A DNA stretch of 64,000 bases from Callorhinchus milii (Eukaryota), in NCBI RefSeq assembly GCF_018977255.1, contig NW_024704743.1, forward strand, positions 37,388,001 through 37,452,000, given 5' to 3'. Below are positions 1 to 13,800 of this stretch, piece by piece. Made by a program: the position numbers and the translations under genes. Position 1 is the first letter of the stretch. Every line of letters starts with the position of its first letter. The notes below the pieces were generated by a model. That model was given only the letters and a program-made list of their open reading frames with translations, had not been told where the DNA came from and ran no database searches.

Positions 1-435
1 CCTACCTCTCCAACCTACTATCCCCCTACCTACCTGCCCGTACCCTCCGTTCCTCCGGCTCCGGTCTGCTCCACGTCCCCCGCCCCAATCGCCCTACCAT
101 TGGTGGTCGGGCCTTCAGCCTCTCAGCCCCGAGGCTCTGGAACTCTATCCCCCAGTGCCTTCGCCGCTTCCTCCCTTTCCTCCTTCAAGGCCGGTCTCAA
201 AACCTTTCTCTTTGACCGAGCCTTCAGCTCCCCTCTCGACTCTCTTCCCCCTTCTCGCTCCCTCCCATCCCTCCCCTCACCCTGACCATTTCCCCCCTCC
301 TCGCTCCCTCCCCTTCCCTCCCCTCACCCTGACCATTTCCCCCCTGCTCGGGTCATGACCCAACTGTGCAGCGCCTTGGGACGTCCTCCTGACGTGAAAG
401 GCGCTTTATAAATGGAATCTTGTTGTTGTTGTTGA
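1..435 (+). mobile_element. L2 LINE 3' fragment (young subfamily), with internal ~47-bp tandem duplication
   Basis: C-terminal L2 ORF2-like SFKAGLKTFLFDRAF; 3' stem-loop gcgccttgggacgtcctcctgacgtgaaaggcgc and (tgt)n tail; 3'UTR near-identical to 22795-23042 and 29920-30100. Confidence 0.85.
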
Positions 436-439
436 TGTG

Positions 440-815
440 CTGACTCCCTACCAACCTGTCCGCTCCCTCCATTCAGCGGGCTTATTAAATGTATAGGAGC
501 AATAAGTCAAATCTGATTACAACGTCTGTTCTACGTCTCCCGCCCGACTCGCCCTACCATCGGCGGCCGGACTTTCAGCCTCTCTGCCCTGATACTCTGG
601 TACTCCATCCCACGGTCCCTTCCTCCCTTGCCTCCTTCAAAGCTGGTCTCGACCCTTCTCTTCGATCGTGCCTTTGGTCACCCTCCCACCTCTCCACCTT
701 CCCTCACCCCTACACCACCCCTCCCTCATGTTTGGGCCCCGACACCTGACTATTCAGCACTTTGGGACGTCCTCCCGACGTAAAAGGCGCTCTATAAATG
801 TAATTTTGTTGTTGT
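440..815 (+). mobile_element. L2 LINE 3' fragment (second subfamily)
   Basis: Same 3' stem-loop; tail aaatgtaattttgttgttg; resembles 37690-38028 and 46820-47169. Confidence 0.8.
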
Positions 816-2999
816 ACTAGATCTAATGTTAAAAAACCGAAGGTGAACAGTGAGGGTAGTGATCTATTTGGGTACCTGAAAATCATTACTGGTTAAAGCA
901 GCTTCAAGCTGGAGTCTGAGTGGATGACTACTTCACAGCTGAGATTACTGAAAAGCTCAGCAAGACTATTTCCATATTGGTTTGACAACTCTGTTAACTT
1001 GACTTACAAGAATACAATGCATATTCCCATCCATTAAAATAGACTTATACATTAATTCAAATATGGTCACATTAAATACCTTCTAAAATGGCAATATAAA
1101 ACATTGATGAGGGACTTTGATTGGGATCAGGATTGCGAATCCATCTCAGGAGAAGTTTATATAGCGCCCAACGTGAAAGACATTATACAAATGTAATTTG
1201 TTGCTATTATATTAAACCCATTTAAAATAATTGTAAAAAAAGTCCAATGGTCTACACTTTAATTCTAACATTTTAAAGAAACAAAAGCCCAGTGTCTGTT
1301 ATTTTCTACTTGGATTTCCCAATGAACACTTCCTATATTTTTCCAATAAATCCCAAATATTATCCTTCATATCTTACACATCTTCCATTTGCAGCATTAC
1401 TTTATTACAAGAATAGCTAATGGCATCTCAGTGTTCAGCTACTTCCATGGTAGAATGTTAAATACGAAATTTGACTGCATCTCCCACAGAACTCAATCAT
1501 GTTTAACCCCTCCTCTTCCTTTTAGTTTGTCTCTATTGGTTCGCTTCACTGGAATGGTGGCACCCCCTCCCCAACATGCACACATTGTCATTTCTTACAT
1601 ACAACCTAATTATTCATTTTAAGTTTTACCCAATTGTTTTAGGTAGGAACATTATTCACACTATCAGCTTATTCTGTAGCACTATTTAGCTAAGAACGAG
1701 GTTTCTGTAATGTCGAAGTATTTGTTCTGGCATTACGTCTCACAATTTTCATAGGTTCAATTTTGGGAAAACATTCTATTACACATTAGCTATCTTCTAA
1801 GAGCTAGTGTAACACAATTTTTTTTAACATTTTGACCAACAACCTATCTACCAATGCCAGTTTTTTTTAATGCTATTCATATTAGAAGTATTTAAATTCA
1901 TCCTTATTTGAATTATCCTGAATATTAACTCCTGTCAATTTCGTAGCCAGTCAATAACCATCAGCATTTTTTGTTTACTATTGTATTAGATACCTACAAA
2001 TAGCAAACCTATTAATAAAACATATCTATGGTTTAAAGCTTTACAATATCAACATTATACTTACTGACCAAAACCTATTTGTTTGTACAACTCCGATAAT
2101 ACATCTTAACTTGATACGGTCAGCAAACATTGGCCGCAATCTGGATAGTCCAGTGAGTCCTGTGAATTGTGAGAAGCTGGTAAAGAGGGCAGTATGATCT
2201 AGTTAGCTAGTCTCAGTTTTGAGGTGGACTAGGGTTAAGACTGCAGAACCAGTTAGCTGTGTACGCCAGGGGCAAATAATGCTGCACATCAATGTTGACT
2301 TTTATTTTTCCTGATGTAAAATAACAATATAAGAGTAATACTTAAATAGGCTTAAAAATAGAGATTTTCCTAAAAATGAAAGAGTAGGCTAGCAGCAGTA
2401 ATGTGGACTCAATTAAAGAAATGTCTTTTGCAGATTGGTATGTCAGTGAACAGTAAGAAAAGAGCACAAAAAGTTTTTTTTTAAAAAGTCACAAGAACAA
2501 AGGTTAGAAGACGTTTTACACTGAGGGTGATCCGAATATGGATGTCTTACGACTGGCTTTTGAAGCAGAATCCACAGCAGTATTTAAAAGGATAAATAGT
2601 TGAATGAAAATAGTGATGGGTATGTTTAGAGATTGAGTGAATAGCTCTGGCAAGATAATTAACACCAGAACAGATATGTTGGGCAGAATGACTCTCTTCT
2701 GTTTGCAGAATTCTATGGTTAGGGGTATGGTATGATTATAAATCTACACTGCAGTTTATTCTCCCAAATTTATAGGACACCAAAGCATCCATGTGCGCCA
2801 GTATAATTGGGAAGTTGCATACCATAATCCATCTGTATTCATGTGCAGGGATATACAATTAGAAACAGGAAAAGTACAACAAATTGCATTTGAATAGCAC
2901 CGTTCAGACAAGAGTGTGAAGCACTTTACAATGATGGGGTCTGATGCTGATCTGGGGGCCATAGTCCTAGGACATGGACATAGAGTGAGTGAGATGGAG

Positions 3000-3480
3000 T
3001 AGAGATCCTAATTTTAGGGGCATATAGTCCAAAATCTTAGCCACTGGAGGGGATGGAGAGGGTACAGGATATGCAGTAAACCTGACTGAGCAGAGAAGTG
3101 AAGTAAGGGAGGATCAGGGAGATAAAGAGGTGCTAGTACATGAAAGGATTTATAGATGAGGGTGATGACATTAAAATTCAATCCCTGGGACACAGTGGGA
3201 CCTGGCATGGATTGGGGCGGCTGACATGTGGAATTTGGTGCAGATGAAGAGTTTTGGGTAAGTTGGAATTTATGGACAGTGGAGCTAGGTAGACCAGTGA
3301 GAAACACATTTGAAAAGTTCAGCCAGGAGGTAATGAAAGTGTGGATAAGGCTTTTGGCAGTATTTGCCGTGGGAATTTTGCAGAAGTGAAGAATAGCAGT
3401 CTTAATCAGGGACCGGATGTGAGCGAGAAAGGACACGTACGAAAAGGAATGGCTCAAGCACATGGCTGGGCGACATCATG
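3000..3480 (-). mobile_element. Degenerate L2 ORF2 C-terminal fragment
   Basis: AKSLIHTFITSWLNFSNVFLTGLPSSTVHKFQLTQNS matches the L2 'LIHAFITSRLDYCNSLL.GLP...L.KLQ..QN' motif. Confidence 0.75.
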
Positions 3481-5129
3481 ATGAACAATGGTTTCTGTAG
3501 TTGAAGTTTAATCTGAGACAATTTAATCTTAATCCACAAGGGCACCGTCACCATTTGAATTGAAAGTTAGGTTTCAGCCAATAGGTTTAATTAATTATGT
3601 GATACTGCAATTTAAAGTGCAAGATACAACTCGTATAATTCTTCCAACATGCATAATGTGAATTTATATTATTGTAACTATAAATAGGGATAAACAAACC
3701 TTTTCCCCCTTTGATGTCTCTCCTCAACCAATATGAAACACTGATCAAGTCTCGGATGACTCTTGCACCGCAATGATCTCCTGATTGAACAATACTGATT
3801 TTGAGGACAGAGTTGCGATTTTTCCATTCCATGCCAATATGCATTGTTGGCATCAACATCCTAGAATACAAAAACAGAAAGATGTCTATATATGAGCTAC
3901 AGGTTATTTTTCTTACGATACAAACACTCCATGCATCACTGATCAACAATATTCTGATCTGTTAAAACTCTGTATATGAAGCACCATGAATATTAATTCA
4001 AACAAATGCCTAAAAAAGAAAATGTACATGACTGCGTATTTTAAGAGGTTGGTAAAATTACCCTTTAAACACTGTTATTAATGGAAATCACAACTTCAAG
4101 AAGGCCACAAGAATTGTTTGCACTTTATTTTCTACCAGTCAGAATCAACCCAGACCAACAATAGTCCCTTCCCAGAGTGGAAGGAATGAAGAATGTAAAA
4201 CCAGTATTTTAGTTTAAGGCTAATGGTTCCTGACCTCTTCCGATATGCAATACAAGAACCATGACTAACAGCTATAAGGTGAACAGCAGAAAAATGAAAA
4301 AAGTTTTGTTAAATTATGTTCAGCAACCATTCTGTTTCAATACCTCAAAAACAGAATTAAGTTGAAAATTGATACTTACCCTACTCATTCCTATTGATAA
4401 ATCTGTATGACAATATTGCCTTAAGTTGTCTACTTGATGGTACACATCATTGAATCTCCAACACTGTCATGAAATTCAAAAGCTAGATAATAGCATATTA
4501 GTTGCAACACATATGGCACTTGAGTGGATCAGAAACAGGTCACTCTTAACTGATCCACTTACAAATTCTGACCTTTTAAGACACCAAACAGAAACCATTG
4601 ACGACTGCTACTCAAAAATAAGGACCGACAGCATGAGCACACATCTTATTGTAAATCCAGCACAGTACTCTAAATAGAAGATTTGTCAACTCTCTACACA
4701 GGCAGATATTTAAGGGGGGAAACCATTAGGATGGGACTGTGATGAAGTGGTACAATATGTTGTGGCATGGAGTGGCAGAATCTCTGCCCACGATTCTTCA
4801 TACAGTAAGTTCTCTATCTCAGTTGTGCAAGTGTAGGGAGACACAAAGTGCAGCCAGGGATTTTCCTAGAGGGATGGGGGGGAAAAAAATCAGAGGGCGA
4901 TTCTTGTGCATCTCCTAGCAGCTGTCTCAAGAGCAGCATCAGCAAGAGGCCTGGGTGCAACCTGTCTGTCCACTCTCTCACTAGAGAATTGCACCATGCA
5001 CCAAGGGACCTAAAAGAGGTAGAGGAAAATAAAGTTGTTTTAAAAAAAAACTTTCAGCTTTCAAGAGTATAAAACTGTATAGTTAACGTTAAACACTAAA
5101 AGTAGTCCCCAAACAAGTCTTGTACTAAA

Positions 5130-5350
5130 GCCAGTGGATTTTTGGTTTCCCATCAATTGTTCTCCCCTTCTCCTCTCCTGAAGGCATCAACTTATGTGGT
5201 GAATGATTCCACAGGTGCTGGTAGCCCTCCGGCACCTTGCACAAGTGGTCATTTTTCACATGTATGCCTGGACAGTAATTGCTGGCAGGCTAATCAATTA
5301 TTGGGGGAGGGGGTCATCACAGCCAAGCCAGATCCAATCCTCACTTTTCA

Positions 5351-5383
<33 letters not shown>

Positions 5384-5625
5384 TCACATACACGCACATA
5401 CTTTCCAGTAGGGGTCATTGGATAGCAATCAGGAGTGGGAACCCAGGCTGATATTTCCCTCCCAAGCCCAGGGGCACTGAAGCCAATTGTAGCACCCCAA
5501 CTGCTAGCCCAAGCTGAGATCAGCTAACTCAGCACAGACCAGTATTCAAACCTGTGACATTCTGGTCCGTATGGCTTTGTGTTGCACTAGGAGGTGCCTT
5601 TACTCACTAGGCCATCAGGGAGCCT
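5130..5625 (-). mobile_element. Ancient tRNA-derived SINE (family X)
   Basis: Reverse-strand head with A-box (tggcctagtgagt) and B-box (ggtttgaatac), then gtgctgagttagctgatctcagc; diverged copies at ~13470-13810(-), 15780-15905(-), 30100-30480(+), 32380-32650(-), 54260-54610(+), 56050-56420(+). Confidence 0.65.
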
Positions 5626-6829
5626 CTCTTTTGGTTTAATATACCATTAAACACAGGAAACTGAGAAGTGAGAGTGTAAACCATTTCACTAGGCCTTTAA
5701 GAAACGGAATTCCCTTTCTAGATCACAAAATGCTAATTTTGATATAAATACAACATAACACACATCCCTTTTTGCACTTCTCGTGTACTTTACTTGCTAT
5801 AAACCTTTCAATGCCAAAGAATTTTACCTAAACTGCTCAACTATCCCATATAAATAACTACTGATACAAGAAATACAAGGAAATCAACTTGTGCACCATC
5901 CAACCCACCAAAATGTTTTCAAATCACAGGGAAAGAAGTAACTACAAAGAAACCTCAACAGACTCCTTCACACAACTTATTAATCAAATACATGTTGGGG
6001 AAGCAAACATTCGGTACCTTCCAATAGAGCTCCAATCTCAGCAGACAAACTATAAAAAACAACTATCTACCCTCCTCTGAATTATGCAAAAGAAACTGCA
6101 TCTTAACCACAGAGGCTGACAGACCATGAAAGCCCAGGGACAGAGGTCAGGGATATGTTCTGGACACAGCATTTAGGGACATTTTATTCCAGGTGCACTC
6201 TTCATGACACTAACACTCAATTATTTGTACTTGACCACGTGACCATATACATATATATATACACATCACCTGACCCACTCAAAAACCTTTCCCAATCAAT
6301 ACCAACTTGGACAAACTGAACAACTTAATTAGAACAAAAAATATCTAATGTTCAGAGGAACATAAACCTAGAACACCACGATCTGACATTCAGAGTATTT
6401 CAGTAATATTAACATCTACGTGAAATCAGATAGTGAAGCATTACGGAAACTAAAGATGTTTTGCATCTAGGTACTTAAATGATGCCCGGTTTATATTCTG
6501 CTGTTTGCAATAAATTAGAGCAGTGCAGCATAAATCCTGGTTGGGCAATGTGATCTGTATACAAAACTGCATTGGGAGCCCTGGTGCCTAGATCGCATTG
6601 GAAGTGAGTTTTAGGAGCATATCAATTTAAACTACTGCAGTATAAAATGCAAGAAACCAGGCTCAGCTCAGAAAGGACACCTAAAATGAATACCCAAGAA
6701 CTTCCAAAGGAATGTTTGTGGATTTTACTAAACATTAACAAAAAACCCGATATTTAGGTTCTGCCGACGCCATTAACACGTTTGCAGACCTCTCCTCAGC
6801 TAATATAACAAGAGAAAGAAATGGACTAT

Positions 6830-8280
6830 AGAAACAGAAGGCCATTCAGCCCTTCGAGCCTGTTCCACCAATCTATAAGATCATGGCTGATCTGTACCTC
6901 AACTCCAATACCCTCCCTTGCCCCATATTCCTTGATATCCGTATCTAACAAATATCAGTATTAAAAAGACTCCACAGCCTTTTGGTGGAGAGTTCCAGAT
7001 TTCCACTACAACATCAACAACTTGCATTTATGTAGCACCCTTCATGTGGGGTACATCCTGGAATGCTTGACAGTAGCAGAGTCTGACCTCAACCAGGGGA
7101 AGAGGGAGGGGGGAGGTGACTGTAAGCATGATAAAAAAAAATCTTTAGGCAGGATTTGAAAGTGGGGAGGGAGCGGGCAAGGTGGAGGGATTGAGGGAGA
7201 AGGTTTCAAAGGATTGGGGTGTAGTGGCTGAAGATACGGCCACCAATGGTGGAGCGGAGAGAACAAGGGACAAACAGGAGGCCGGAACCAGCTGAACTGA
7301 GGCAGCGGGTGGTAAAGTGGGGGGTAAGCAAATCAAATAGGTAGGAAGGTGTGAGAGCATTATGGTATTTGAGAAGTGAGAAGATCCGGAAAGCGATACA
7401 TTTGGTAATTGGGAGCCAGTGGAGCCTAGCAAGGACTGTTGTGACAGGGGTAGAGAGTTTTGTGCGTGTAAGTATCTGGGCGGCAGTTTTGAATTAGTTG
7501 AATTTTGTGTAGAGTGGAGCTGGGGCGACCACTGGAATAATCCAGCCAGGAAGTGACAAGGTGTGGACGAAGGTTTCGGCTGCTTTGGTTGAGGTATGGA
7601 CGGAGCTGGCCGATGTGACGGAGGTGGAAAAAAGTGGTTCTGGTCAGGCAACGGATACGGGGTAAAAAGGAGAACTGAGGATTGAACCTGACGCCTAAGT
7701 GGTGCATGGGTTCCATGAGTCTGAGGAAGAGCCTGGGGAGGTTGAAGAGTTCAGATCCGCAGAAGACGTTAATGAGCGCCAAAGAGTATGTTTTTCATCT
7801 TGCCGACATTTAGCTACAGGAAATGTGCTCTCATCCAGGCCTTAATGTCCGTCAAACAAGCTGACAGGACATCAGCGGACTGGAGTCGCCACTGGAAGAG
7901 AAGCAGATTTGGGTGCCACCCGTATACACTTGGAAGTGAACCCCATGTCTGTGGATGACATCGCTGAGAGGGAGCGTGTAGATAAGGAAAAGAAGGGGGC
8001 CAAGGATGGAGCCTTGGGGTACCCATCAAATGACCTGGCAGGGATGGAAGGAAAAAACATTTGCAAGATGTATTGTTGGCAGTTCGTTGAGACTCAAACC
8101 ATGCGAGTACAGTCCCACTAAGGTGGATGAGGGAGTACAGGCGGTGGCGTGATCGACTGTGTTGATCCTTTGGGTGAAAAACTGCCTCCTGGTTTCATTC
8201 TTTAATGACCTAGCTCTAATTTTAAGATTATGGCCCCTTGTTCTGGATTTCCCCACCAGAGAAAATATTTTCTCTGTATA
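6830..8280 (-). mobile_element. CR1 3' fragment (6830-7008 plus 8166-8280) interrupted by an L2
   Basis: GKSRTRGHNLKIRARSLKNETRRQFFTQR is the CR1 ORF2 C-terminus; the CR1 sequence ...agttccagatttccactac / cctttgggtgaaaaa... continues across the L2. Confidence 0.7.
7009..8160 (-). mobile_element. L2 LINE 3' portion, frameshifted RT to tail
   Basis: LSACLTDIKAWMRAHFL, LGVRFNPQFSF, TFFHLRHIGQLRPYL motifs; (caa)n tail at 7009-7021. Confidence 0.85.
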
Positions 8281-10649
8281 ATATCAAGCTTCCCACTCTA
8301 CATCACTTCCACTGGAAACAATACACCTCAAAACACAAACATGGGGCATGGGGTGGTTGGTTAAAAATTTCTGTATGGATACAACCTGTATATTACCTTT
8401 TTGGACATTGCTGGCGTTCAAAGGCAGAATCAAAATCAGGGCGAATGACTGATCTGTCTGTTGAAAAGCACAGTACCAGTCTACTGGGCCGACAATCTGT
8501 TCTTTCACCAGTGCAGTTTTCCAGAAGCTGGCTTGACCTCCATGTTATGAAAATGGAGGTTTTTAAACTATCTGCCACCTCAGTAATAAAGCAGATTGTA
8601 CAACCAATGTCTTCAACTGTTTGGTGAAAACAAACTCTCGAAGCCTCTGTATACAGAATCTTGGTGAAACCAGTCCACAACTGTCAGTTGATGTCAATAG
8701 ATTGCACTGCACGTCTATCATGTCATAGTAAGTAGCTTCATCTTTCGTGCGTAAATCAATATGCAAAGGCAGCCTCTTTGCTATTTTACAGATCCCAAAC
8801 ACCCCCATTTTCAACGTCTCACACCAAATTTATCCCGATATGCTCGGGGAAGCAACTCCTGTGACACTGTGTCTACATCCACGATAGATGCCTGCCGATA
8901 CCTACCTTGCCATGTGCTTGTTCCGATAACTGGTCCCTCCTCCAATGGTGACACATCTGCCTGTGCTGAATCTCCCTGAGGTGGCGGCACACGAAGCGCA
9001 GCAAAAGCCCTCTGTGGGATGAATAGCTGCACTCGTGGTGGGCACTCCTCTGACAGACCACTGCTCCCCTGATGACCTTTGCACTTGTTTAATCATTAGG
9101 GAAAAAAACAGGTGTATAAGCCTGTTTGTATGCACATAAATGAATTACTATCTTCCTTTTAAAAGTAATCTAACCATAAAGTGTACTATGAATGTAGAAA
9201 ATTTAAAACTTTTTCAAAGATGAATATTATAGGAATTTACATGAAACTATAAATTACAAATCAATCTCATCAAGTCTTTGTAATGTGTAGAACTTTAAAT
9301 GCAACACTTACCTAAATGAAAGTTGCCCCTAAACTTAACTCTTCCAACTTCAGTCAAAGGATTCAAATGCATAAAGGTGGATCCCTTCTCTAGTGCAGGA
9401 TGCAGTAGCTGTAGTTCTTGTGTACCCCTCCTTTGGCTCCAAGAGCAACCAGCCATACTTTTTTCTCCTCTTTGGGTACTTTCTTTACATCAGGTGTTTT
9501 TTGAAAGTCTCCAATTCACTTCATTTTCCCTCTAGTTTGCTAGTTGTCTATCCTTCATGTGATTTTACAAGGATCAAAATATCTCGTTTCTAACTTAATA
9601 ATTTTCTTAAGGTTAACATCTTATCAAGTATTTGATCATGGCGATTTAAACCTACCAGAAATATCTTTTTTTAAAAAATGGAATAGAATTGGCTCTTTAG
9701 GAACATTATTCCGAATCAGTGACCCTCAACATCTATCAGTGGAATATCCAAAGCCATAAAGCTGCGATGCCGATCTCTTCCATCATGTGATATATGAAGA
9801 GTACTGAAAATCTCAATATTTATTTATATGAAGCTAGTTTTACTCTTTCAGGAAGCATTGTGTCAATCCCACAAAATCCAAGGTGACATATGCCACTGTA
9901 AGAATTAGTTAACTAGTCTTCAAGCCTGTGTGGAATGTTGACATTGAAAGAAAATCCACTGGCAATCCAAAATAGTAGGCTCTTCTTGTGTTGCCAACAT
10001 TTAAAACCTTTTGTGTGAAAATTCTGTGATTGTATACAATTACAAGCTTTTCAAAAAAAGGTGAAAGATCACACATAGATTGTCATACAGCTGTTTGTCA
10101 TGAAATCATGATACATCTTGATGGATGACGAAAGACATTAAATGGTCTGCTGTGAGACTGCAAACATCACAGGAGTTGTAGCAGACTATATCATTGATTT
10201 TGCCAAGAAACCAAAACGTATACATCCCAATTATATCCAATTTAAAAATCAAACAACAGACATTTAGAACACATGCCAAACAGCTGAATTTTTCTTTTCA
10301 GGAAGTAAAAACACAAGTTATTTAATGCAACCAGTTTCTAGTTTTAAAATATGTCAACATACAAATTTATTCATTGAATTAGACTCTGTCCAAACCTCAT
10401 TACCTTTTATCAACCCTTTAATGAAAACATTGGTCAAGAGAAAAAACCCTACATTAGAAATTCATACCACACCTCTGTAAATGCACATCACATCTGAAAA
10501 CAGCTGGCATGCACTGTGACCTGCATTCAAGCTGACAAATGAACCAGCAATCCAAATTGGACAAATGAATTGCTGGATGTTTACAAAACTGACCACTGAT
10601 TACTTACCCACTAGCTACACCTTGCATTCTGGCGCAGTGTCAGGATCGG

Positions 10650-10815
10650 ATGCCTTATACACCAATAGCTGTTGACACCAAACAAGAGATCCAAAAAAAT
10701 ACTAAAACACTGCATGTTCATCTGTCCTTTCACGCATCACCTACACATTTTCGATTCAGTCAAAATAACCCTTCCCATGAGTTTATTGTACTCATCCACC
10801 ACGATAGGGTGGCTT
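10650..10815 (-). mobile_element. piggyBac-type transposase remnant (C-terminal catalytic region)
   Basis: HPIVVDEYNKLMGRVILTES...FSIFLDLL..VNS/LVYK aligns by eye with the piggyBac P.IV..YNK.MGGVD..D...FLDL.V.NAW..Y motif; contains a stop and a frameshift. Confidence 0.6.
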
Positions 10816-13800
10816 ACAGATAATGGGAGAAGTCTTGGAATATATAGGCAAAAAGGTGTTTGCAACCTTTCATGTGCCATGAACGTGCCAGCCATTTTGC
10901 CAGTATGTACAGCTCAGCTATACATATTAGTGATGTTCAGGAGTTTGGGAGTTACTGTTCTACATTCGCTCCAAGACCTTTCTAATAAATAAATGAAGTG
11001 TACTGAAGCATTTACTTGGAAATGTGTAAAGAGAAACAAATGTTTTTTTTGATGGGGGGTGGGGGGGGGGGGGAGAAGGGAGAAGTACTTTCAGTCAAAA
11101 GCAATCCCCACATAAATGTTGTATAAATATTTTTTCAAAAAATTCTTCCTACCTGCGAGGAGAAATTCCAAATGTGCAGAGTTGTGGGAAGTCTGCTGGT
11201 GTCCCGTCGGTTTTCCCAGCCAGAAGCGAGCCGGTGCACTGACTTACGCAGTGGTTTGGCACTGAGCAGAGTATTTTCAATCTGCACACTTCTTTCCCCT
11301 CTCCCATCAGTAATTTTCCCCTTTGAGGCAACAGACTGTTTTTGGAGTCTGGGTTCATATCCAGTCTTGACTGATGGGATGAGTTTTCACTCTATTGCAC
11401 GAATGGATCCTAGATTGGACTGTCTAAAACCATGGGTGCAGGTCCATAGGACAAAACTGCACATAATCTGGACCTAATTGGCAATCTTGGAAAGATAACT
11501 AGTGTAAGAAATGACTAAAATTTCCAGATGCTGTTCTGAGGTTGGGATACAGTGTTGGGTATGGTAAAATGAGCTTCAATCTTCATGGTTAACCTGTGCT
11601 AGAACCACTCTGGAAATTCTCAATGGGTTAAAGCAGAATTTCCGTAGTAGTGATAACCTTCATTTGAGCACAACATTCACCATAATATGAAATAATTAAT
11701 TACTTGTTTGAATTCTCCTTCCTCTGGACAATTTAAAAAATAAACTTAAGACTGCCTTAGTGTGTTACATTTTTCTGCGTGCTCCCTTACCACTGCGTGC
11801 TTTCTTTCGTCTATAAGAAAATCCAAGTGGTAGTTTTTGGACCAAGCCACAGCAAGGTTGAAAACAGAAATATCAAGTAGCACTGATAGTAACAAGCATT
11901 GATTTTAAAAGCTTGTAGATCGCAGGATGAAAGTACGACTGTAGGGAGTAAGGGCTGCCACAGTCTTGAAGTCCTGGGAAAGAATGCGTTAAGAATAGGG
12001 CATGATTTTTTAAAAAAAAAAACAAAGTGAAATTGCAGGAAGGAAGAGGAGAATGGTTCAAGATGCAGTTAGAGCATGGAAAGTACGGAAAAGAGTGACC
12101 ACAGTAGCATTGATAATATACAGAAAGACAAATGCTATGAGAGAGAGGGAGATTGGAAATGATAGTAGAATTAAATATTAGGTAAACTTTCTTGGTTCTA
12201 ATCTACAAGTGTCAAAGTGCCAGAAGAACAGAATAAATAGGACTTTCTACAGGGCTACGAGGAGAAAAGTGTTGGCATAATGAGGAAGTGTGCCTTTTGA
12301 AGGCAGCTTTAGCAATTCAGATATCCAAGTTCCATTTCAGATCAGAGAAAATGGTGAGATCAATAAGATCAATAGATGGTGAAATAAGAGACAAGAGGTG
12401 GTAGTTGCTTGTTGAAGCTCGCAAGAGATACAAATATATACAATTTTTATTGTCCCCATTAGACAGTCGAGGAGATCGTTTATTTATTCAGAAAAATGAA
12501 CGTCATGTGCACCAAGTACACTAAATCTGAAGGAAGTTGAATGTAGAATGGCATAATTAGCAAGTGGATAGAGCTGAATTAGTGAAATGATAAGTGGAGA
12601 TCATGGATATAAAGGAGGAACATATAGTGGGGAAAACCCTTGATTTGACGGGAAAGAGTGGATGAAGCTTCTAGGTTACAGAACAGATAGTGATTAGATT
12701 GTTGAAAAGTACAAAATGGCAATCTATCTGGTCCACAGTGCTATTCCCATAGGCAATGATAAATGAAAACCAGTCTTCAGGAGCAGAGATCTATAGGTGT
12801 GTAACATAGGCAAGAACAGTAGTAGAAGCCAATTTGAAAATCCATTCTAGCAATAACTAATTATGCCAGAAATGTCAAGGTGATGGATAATGTGCGTGTG
12901 TTACAGATGCAGACCCCATAGAGCAAGAGGGATAACCTTTTTGAGGGTTAGGCTGACCATCATTTTGGAGAAGGAAAGTTGATATACGAGACAAACTCAT
13001 ATTAACACAAGCATTTGAGCCTTACCCTTAAGAGTTGTGGTTTAATCAACAACTAACTCCTGTGCTGGACAACGACAAAATGAAATAGTCGCAATTTATA
13101 ACATGCAATGGAATGGTTTCAAAGAGCAGCATAGACCGGGATAGTCCCGGCTTCTTGGATCTTCCTGAGCAGGAGGAAAGAGCATCATTTAAGAGTTAAA
13201 TGGAGCATAAAAGGTGGCAGAGGACTCTTGGGTGCACACTGATTGATGCGAGAACAAAAAGGTCTGGTCATCAGGCAAGTGCAGCAAGAACTCTGCATAC
13301 CTATAAAATGCTGAAAAACATCTCAGCAATCCTCTCCAGATGATGAGGAAGCAACATTTGTACCAAAATTCTCACTGGTGCGAGACCCATTATTTAAATT
13401 AACCTCATTTTGAGCTTTTACTAAACTTTTTTTTGCCAATTGCCTTCCCATATCCCCTGATACATCAACTCCTACTGGGTTCCATAAGCACCAGCAGTCG
13501 ACTCGTACCTTGCCTCAATTGCCCATTCTTTAAATGTGAGATTAGACAGAGTGTCAGCAGGTCATTCAACCACTACTGGCTGAGCCCAATGGTATCCTCA
13601 GCTAGCTTTCACACACAGGCATTTTTCAGCAGAGATCACTGGATAGCACTGTAAGTGGGAACCTTGACTGAATTGCGCTCTTCATTCAAGTGTACTGTTA
13701 ACCAAATTTAGAACTCCTGCCGCCAGCAGAAATCAGCAGAGACCAAGAATTGAAACTGTAATCTTCTGGTCTCTATGGCTGCTTTTACCAACTAGGCCAT

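Larger units (their letters stand above)
2065..8808 (-). pseudogene. Candidate decayed multi-exon gene, PIN/XPG (FAM120/asteroid-like) nuclease fold suspected
   Basis: ATG at 8808 in strong Kozak context (aaaATGG) reads MGVFGICK...MIDVQCNLL...LREFV, then needs a frameshift to ...GCTICFITEVADSLK; donor at 8396. Further AG/GT-bounded segments at ~4380-4464, 4235-4271, 3699-3860 (DVDANNAY/AWNGKI) and 2065-2159; a YTGAHGCFGVL motif at ~2770-2832. Frames do not join cleanly. Confidence 0.3.

Noticed and set aside
9312..10981. PGBD5 or an intact domesticated piggyBac gene
   Set aside because: Only one short degenerate motif region, with stops and frameshifts, and no N-terminal catalytic motifs recognised
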